Shown here: positions 59,403 through 64,000 of the stretch, piece after piece | Position numbering within the stretch: position 1 is the first letter of the stretch | Layout of the letters: each line of letters opens with the position of its first letter | Assembly: GCA_965198175.1 (NCBI GenBank) | Contig: OZ240245.1 | Span: 1 to 64,000, forward strand | DNA: 64,000 nt | DNA from: Candidatus Poribacteria bacterium | GTDB lineage: Bacteria > Poribacteria > WGA-4E > PCPOR2b | Reading direction: 5' to 3' | Made by a program: the position numbers and the translations under genes | Notes under the pieces: generated by a model | Database searches by the model: none | Told to the model about the DNA's origin: nothing | The model's input: the letters and a program-made list of their open reading frames with translations, nothing else

Positions 59403-61040
59403 CTACACCGGCTCAAATCTCATAGTCGGCTCATTTCGACGAACGACTAGGTGTTTTCGCCAATGCGCGTCATCTCTTTCAGAGAAGTCCTCTCGATAGT
59501 GTCCTCCCCGGCTTTCGGTTCGTGCAATAGCTATGCGAGTTATCAACCTCGCCACCTCAAGCATATTCTGAAATTCAAGCGCTTCAATTTGATCTCCCAA
59601 TGCTTGCTGATCCAACGTTGCTAACGCATCGGCTACTATCTTTAGGTCCTCCCCATTCCTGAGGATACCGGTGTGTTCCCACATCAGTTCACGGACAATG
59701 TCTTGGGCTGAGCTGACGTCAACAGTCGCAGCGGCTGTGCCATTGAATTCATCGTCGCTAGATTCTGATTCGTAATCCGACCGAATGCGAACATTCGTGT
59801 GCATTTGTGTGCCGACTGTCCCCGCAAATTCAGCCGTGGCTTTTCCCGCACGAGCGCCAAAAACGATGCACTCAAGCAATGAATTACTCGCGAGTCGATT
59901 CGCGCCATGGACGCCTGTGCAGGCAACTTCTCCACAGGCTGAAAGTCCACGAATATCCGTCTCGGCATTCATGTTGGTTCGGACACCGCCCATCATGAAA
60001 TGCGCTCCAGGTCGAACAGGGATTACATCTGTTTTAATATCGATTCCGTACTGACTACACGTTTGATAGATTGTCGGGAAGCGGGTCTGTATAAAATTCG
60101 GGGATAGATGTGTGATATCCAAATAGACACAGGGCGAATCCGTCAATTCCATTTCGCTTAGGATGGCGCGGCTCACCACATCTCGCGGCGCGAGTTCTTC
60201 CAGTTCGTGATATTTGCCCATAAACCGTTCTCCACGCCCGCTGATTAAGGCTCCGCCCTCGCCCCGCAACGCTTCAGAGATTAAGAAATGGGGCGCGCCC
60301 ATCAGGAACAAGGTAGTTGGATGAAATTGGACAAACTCCATATCCATCATTTCACAGCCCGCCCGCCATGCTAGAGCGTAGCCGTCTCCCGTTGCGACTT
60401 CTGGGTTCGACGTACACCGATAGATACGTCCAAGCCCACCTGCTGCGAGGATTGTGGCTTTGGCAAAGATGCAATGGAGGGTGTTATTGATGAGGGCGAC
60501 TACCCCGTAGCATGTGTTGTCCTGCGTCATGAAGTCAACCGCGAAGGCGTGCTCAATAACTTGTATCCGCTCTTGCTTCATGAGATGCGTGACTAAAACG
60601 TGCGTGGTTTCTGCGCCAGTGGCGTCGCCACGGTGAACAATACGCCGGCGTTGATGCGCCGCTTCCTGGGTGAAACCGAGGGCTTCACCCTCCTTATCGA
60701 AATTTGCGCCCCATTGAATTAGTTCCGAGACCCGTTCAATTCCCTCTTCAACCATGATTTGTACAGCAGTTTCATTGCAGAGTCCAGCCCCTGCTTTGAG
60801 GGTATCTTCGACATGGAAACCGATTTCGTCATCCGCACTCATGGCAACGGCGATGCCACCTTGCGCATAGCGCGTATTACTCTCCTGAAGCGCGCTTTTT
60901 GTGATCAACACGACATCGCCATGATGATTGGCTTCAATGGCTGCTCTTAATCCAGCGCTACCACTTCCAACCACCAAGAAATCGGTGTCGATTCTTGGAA
61001 GCTTCGCAGAATCAAAATTGATGAGATATCGGCGACTCAT
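59403..61040 (-). CDS. nadB: L-aspartate oxidase
   Basis: 'GSGSAGL', 'YAQGGIA', 'FVQFHPT', 'LISEALRGEG', 'HGANRLASNSLLE'. Confidence 0.96.
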   Translation of the reverse strand: MSRRYLINFDSAKLPRIDTDFLVVGSGSAGLRAAIEANHHGDVVLITKSALQESNTRYAQGGIAVAMSADDEIGFHVEDTLKAGAGLCNETAVQIMVEEGIERVSELIQWGANFDKEGEALGFTQEAAHQRRRIVHRGDATGAETTHVLVTHLMKQERIQVIEHAFAVDFMTQDNTCYGVVALINNTLHCIFAKATILAAGGLGRIYRCTSNPEVATGDGYALAWRAGCEMMDMEFVQFHPTTLFLMGAPHFLISEALRGEGGALISGRGERFMGKYHELEELAPRDVVSRAILSEMELTDSPCVYLDITHLSPNFIQTRFPTIYQTCSQYGIDIKTDVIPVRPGAHFMMGGVRTNMNAETDIRGLSACGEVACTGVHGANRLASNSLLECIVFGARAGKATAEFAGTVGTQMHTNVRIRSDYESESSDDEFNGTAAATVDVSSAQDIVRELMWEHTGILRNGEDLKIVADALATLDQQALGDQIEALEFQNMLEVARLITRIAIARTESRGGHYREDFSERDDAHWRKHLVVRRNEPTMRFEPV

Positions 61041-61131
61041 TTTGCTCTAATGCGATTCGGAAATCGCATATAATACCCCTTCGTAACAGTTTACCTAGAT
61101 GGCTCAAGCAAGAGAGCGGAGCGAACAATAT

Positions 61132-61545
61132 CTAGAAACCCCCAGCGACCTTCATGACTTTTCCGGTTCCTTCAGCGACCTGTGTTCCATCTTGCAGCTT
61201 AATCTCCGCCACAACCTCAATGAGCCGCTTTGCGATTTTCAGCCGATTGGCGGTCACAATAAGTTTCTGTCCGGCGGGCGCGGGACTCTTGAATCGAATA
61301 TCGAGTTGAGCAGTTACCGCGGGACCATCAAAACTAGCGATGCCCACGTATGTTATCGCCTCATCCAACAAGGTGCTCAGGATACCGCCGTGTACGATAT
61401 TTTCCCATCCTTGGAAGTGGTCTGGCGGGATACATTCAATCTTGACCTGTGTTCCGTCTGGCGCGATATCAGGATGGACTTGCAGACCAAATGGGTTCTC
61501 TTTACCACAAGCGAAACAGCGGTTATTGTTCTCAACACGCATCAT
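61132..61545 (-). CDS. PaaI-family hotdog thioesterase
   Basis: 'CFACG..NP.GL' and 'HGGILSTLLDE'. Confidence 0.9.
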   Translation of the reverse strand: MMRVENNNRCFACGKENPFGLQVHPDIAPDGTQVKIECIPPDHFQGWENIVHGGILSTLLDEAITYVGIASFDGPAVTAQLDIRFKSPAPAGQKLIVTANRLKIAKRLIEVVAEIKLQDGTQVAEGTGKVMKVAGGF

Positions 61546-61627
61546 GAACTGCTCCTGATAATACCGTTGAATCCGTTTTCGTTTTGGCTAAAGCTTGCCG
61601 TGCACACGGGGAAATTTTCTTTCTCGA

Positions 61628-62494
61628 TTATCCGTTTCCAAAGTCGAACCTTTCAAGATACTCGTTTATCTTTTGAACCATGAACCTCGCAGATTCCTCG
61701 GCTTTATCGGGCCACGCAAACACCGAATTGGTCATAACTCCATCAAAACCGACCTCCTGAAGTGTGCGGAAGAACATCTCCCAGTCAATCTCTCCCTCCC
61801 CGATGTTCAGATGCTGATGAATACGGACTGGGGATCCAAGTGGATTGACGATATACCGAACCGGAATCCGGTGATCGAGGGTATCGGCGACATGGACGTG
61901 ATTTAGAACCGGGGCTGCGTAGCGAATCATCTCGGTCATATTACCGCCCATGTGATAGGTGTGGGGGGCACAATACAGGTATCTGATATAGGGTGACCCA
62001 ATCGCACGGATAATGTCTACTGAACTGTTACCATCTTCAACAAAGTCGCCTGGATGCGGTTCAATTGCCATGGTGATGTGTTCCCGCTCAAGGATGGGGA
62101 CAATCTCCTCCATGGAACGCCAGAATGCGGCGTCACACGCCTCCGGGGTGTCCGGGTTCCCACTGAACTCCGAATTTAGGTGTGTGCATCCGAGTTCAAC
62201 CGCCACCTGGATCGCTTTTTCCCAGTAGTTTACAGCCGCTGCGCGTGCTTCAGGGTTGTCCGGTTCGGACCATCGGTAAACTGTCCACATGGATGCCAAT
62301 CCAACGTTGTAGTTGCGCAAAGCTCGCTTAAACTCGGCAATGTTTTCTCGATTTGCTCTGGGTCCTATGAACAGGGGCAAGAAATCGTCACGCGGCGACA
62401 ATTCGATCCACTGGTGTCCGGTATCGGCGGCAAATCTGCAAACTTCAGTCAGCGAACTGTCTCGTATCATCCAGGGGTCAAGCGCGATTTGCAT
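61628..62494 (-). CDS. Sugar phosphate isomerase/epimerase TIM barrel (IolH-like)
   Basis: 'IALDPWM', 'IELSPR', 'IEPHPGDF', 'HVHVAD', 'HQHL.IGEGEIDW'. Confidence 0.88.
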   Translation of the reverse strand: MQIALDPWMIRDSSLTEVCRFAADTGHQWIELSPRDDFLPLFIGPRANRENIAEFKRALRNYNVGLASMWTVYRWSEPDNPEARAAAVNYWEKAIQVAVELGCTHLNSEFSGNPDTPEACDAAFWRSMEEIVPILEREHITMAIEPHPGDFVEDGNSSVDIIRAIGSPYIRYLYCAPHTYHMGGNMTEMIRYAAPVLNHVHVADTLDHRIPVRYIVNPLGSPVRIHQHLNIGEGEIDWEMFFRTLQEVGFDGVMTNSVFAWPDKAEESARFMVQKINEYLERFDFGNG

Positions 62495-62522
62495 GTGTTT
62501 ACTTTTTAAGAAGGTTTGTGGG

Positions 62523-63587
62523 TTAGTCAGTTGATTCGTTTTCGTGTACGCCGTACTTTTTTCCGTGCTCCAAGATTAACTTCCAAACTATTTCCGGCAG
62601 TTCGATTCCCTCACGTGAGTGTTTTTCTTCAGCTTGCCGTTCCAGGTCACCGGGAACGAGCACTTCGGAGAAGCCGGGCGCTGGCGGGACAGATCGAATC
62701 CCATCCAGGAAAGCGTTGACAGCTTGTTGATACGCGTCGAGCGGTTGGAAAACGCTGATGTCGATTGCTTGAAAGTAGGTGCCGCCCATACGTTCCGATT
62801 CGGGGCTAACGGCGGCAAGCCCGCCAATCAGACAGGTCAGTAGAGAGATAGCATAACCCTTGTATCCGCCGAAGACAAGCATATTTCCGCCGTCAAAGAG
62901 GTCGCCGGGGTCGACGCTTGGCTGTCCGTGCTTGTCAATAATGCAGCCTGGGGGAAGCTCTGCTCCTTTTACACGGGCGATGTGAATCTTTGCGCCGGAG
63001 AGCATAGTTGTTGCGAAATCGGAAATAAAGTGTCTGCCATCCGCGGACGGCACGCCGAGCGCTATGGGATTAGTCGACAACGTTCCATCAGCACCACCGA
63101 ACGGCACGGCACCGCCTCGACGTTCTCCGCCCCAGCCCGACGTTACCATGCCGATGAATCCGTCCGCGGCAGCTTGTTCAACGAACTCCCCGAGTCTGCC
63201 GATATGATGCGTGCGTGTGAGGCTTACGGCGCCTATCCCGTTGGCGCGTGCTTTGTGCATCGCGAGGTCCATGCACCATCGTCCAGCATAGTGCCCCCAA
63301 CCTACATGACCGTCGACCAGCGCGGTGCTGGGCGTTTCTCGGACAAGTTCGGGCATTCCGTCAGGGATTAGCCTTTCATTTTCAATTGCATCTATGTAGC
63401 CCGCTCGAGCCGGCTCTGTATAAGTTGGGATTTGCGACACACCGTGCGAGGTATGTCCCTTGAGGTCAGAGTCAACAAGGATTTGGGCTACCACTTCAGC
63501 GACCTCGTGCGGTGTCCCAACCGCCTCAAAGAGGCGTGCGCAATAATCTCGAAGCGTATCTGCTTGAATCCGAAGCGTAGATTCCAC
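62523..63587 (-). CDS. Ldh_2 family (malate/L-lactate/ureidoglycolate-type) dehydrogenase
   Basis: 'DLKGHTSHG', 'HHIGRLG', 'TNPIA', 'GGYKG', 'VLVPG'. Confidence 0.92.
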   Translation of the reverse strand: MESTLRIQADTLRDYCARLFEAVGTPHEVAEVVAQILVDSDLKGHTSHGVSQIPTYTEPARAGYIDAIENERLIPDGMPELVRETPSTALVDGHVGWGHYAGRWCMDLAMHKARANGIGAVSLTRTHHIGRLGEFVEQAAADGFIGMVTSGWGGERRGGAVPFGGADGTLSTNPIALGVPSADGRHFISDFATTMLSGAKIHIARVKGAELPPGCIIDKHGQPSVDPGDLFDGGNMLVFGGYKGYAISLLTCLIGGLAAVSPESERMGGTYFQAIDISVFQPLDAYQQAVNAFLDGIRSVPPAPGFSEVLVPGDLERQAEEKHSREGIELPEIVWKLILEHGKKYGVHENESTD

Positions 63588-63644
63588 GCAATTGTCTCCT
63601 TTGGATGATATAAGGAATGGTACTATGGTCCACCCCGTGCTATA

Positions 63645-63773
63645 AGACAGCGTCAGGTAAACAGTGACAATTTCTGTAGGCGGGGTTTCCTAGCCCCGAT
63701 GGTCGGGGGACAAGGATTTCCCTTCTACAGACGGATAATACAATCGTTCTAAACTTATCTGACAGTGTACTAG
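63645..63773. repeat. REP/MITE-like element with nested inverted repeats
   Basis: CTGTAGG...CTACAG pair enclosing CGGGG/CCCCG hairpins, flanked by imperfect outer inverted repeats GTCAGGTAA/TTATCTGAC. Confidence 0.5.
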
Positions 63774-64000
63774 TCGAGTTCGTCTTCGTCCAACACGCAA
63801 CTAATCACTGCGGCGACCATCGTCTCGTCGCCGACTGCAACAACGTCGTGTTCCACCTTTGCCGGCATATACGCCGAGCCTCCTGGTCCGACAATCTTTT
63901 TTTCATCGCCGACAGTGATTTCCGCTTGACCCTCAAAGATATAATAGCACTGTTCCCAGCTTGGATGGTGGTGGCTCCCGTGCGCCTTCCCTGGGGGCCA
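63770..64000 (-). CDS. Cupin-domain protein (3' part; start lies beyond the window)
   Basis: Manual translation 'PGKAHGSHHHPSWEQCYYIFEG...YMPAKVEH...ELD*'. Confidence 0.85.
   Translation of the reverse strand, partial: WPPGKAHGSHHHPSWEQCYYIFEGQAEITVGDEKKIVGPGGSAYMPAKVEHDVVAVGDETMVAAVISCVLDEDELD

Noticed and set aside
61099..61683. 194-aa plus-strand ORF, and similar long shadow ORFs elsewhere (e.g. 52518-53108, 47365-47985)
   Set aside because: Antisense or alternative-frame shadows of well-supported genes with no motifs of their own

Overview
Bacterial chromosomal window, most consistent with Candidatus Poribacteria or a relative. This is inferred from a LamG protein ending in an 'AVNPKGKISTTWSTLK'-type tail and a secreted protein ending in a 'QNYPNPFNPETWIPY' FlgD-Ig domain. 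Housekeeping and metabolic genes include dcd, glnA-glnB, hisB, hisA, nadB, bfr, an Fe3+ ABC transporter, a transaldolase, SDRs and a polyprenyl synthase. They are interspersed with many decayed genes (yidD/TPR module, LOG, IS630, GFA, mutM, four-helix-bundle). Four candidates stand out. (1) A ~13 kb co-oriented locus (14459-27168) joins two substrate-binding/OmpA fusion proteins, a membrane-anchored vWA protein, a 2-TM helical protein, a PspA/IM30 (ESCRT-III-like) protein, a NitT/TauT ABC transporter, a DUF481 barrel and a p97/Vps4-like AAA+ ATPase. (2) A DUF4159-type gene is split by an in-frame TGA followed by a SECIS-like hairpin, a candidate new selenoprotein behind a sigma54-type promoter. 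(3) A Fur-boxed consensus promoter fires antisense through bacterioferritin toward the iron-uptake operon (excludon-like), next to a stand-alone dsRNA-binding protein gene. (4) An ECF sigma factor is paired with a soluble double-FHA protein. No rRNA, tRNA or CRISPR array was seen. All calls are from reading the sequence by eye; no searches were run.
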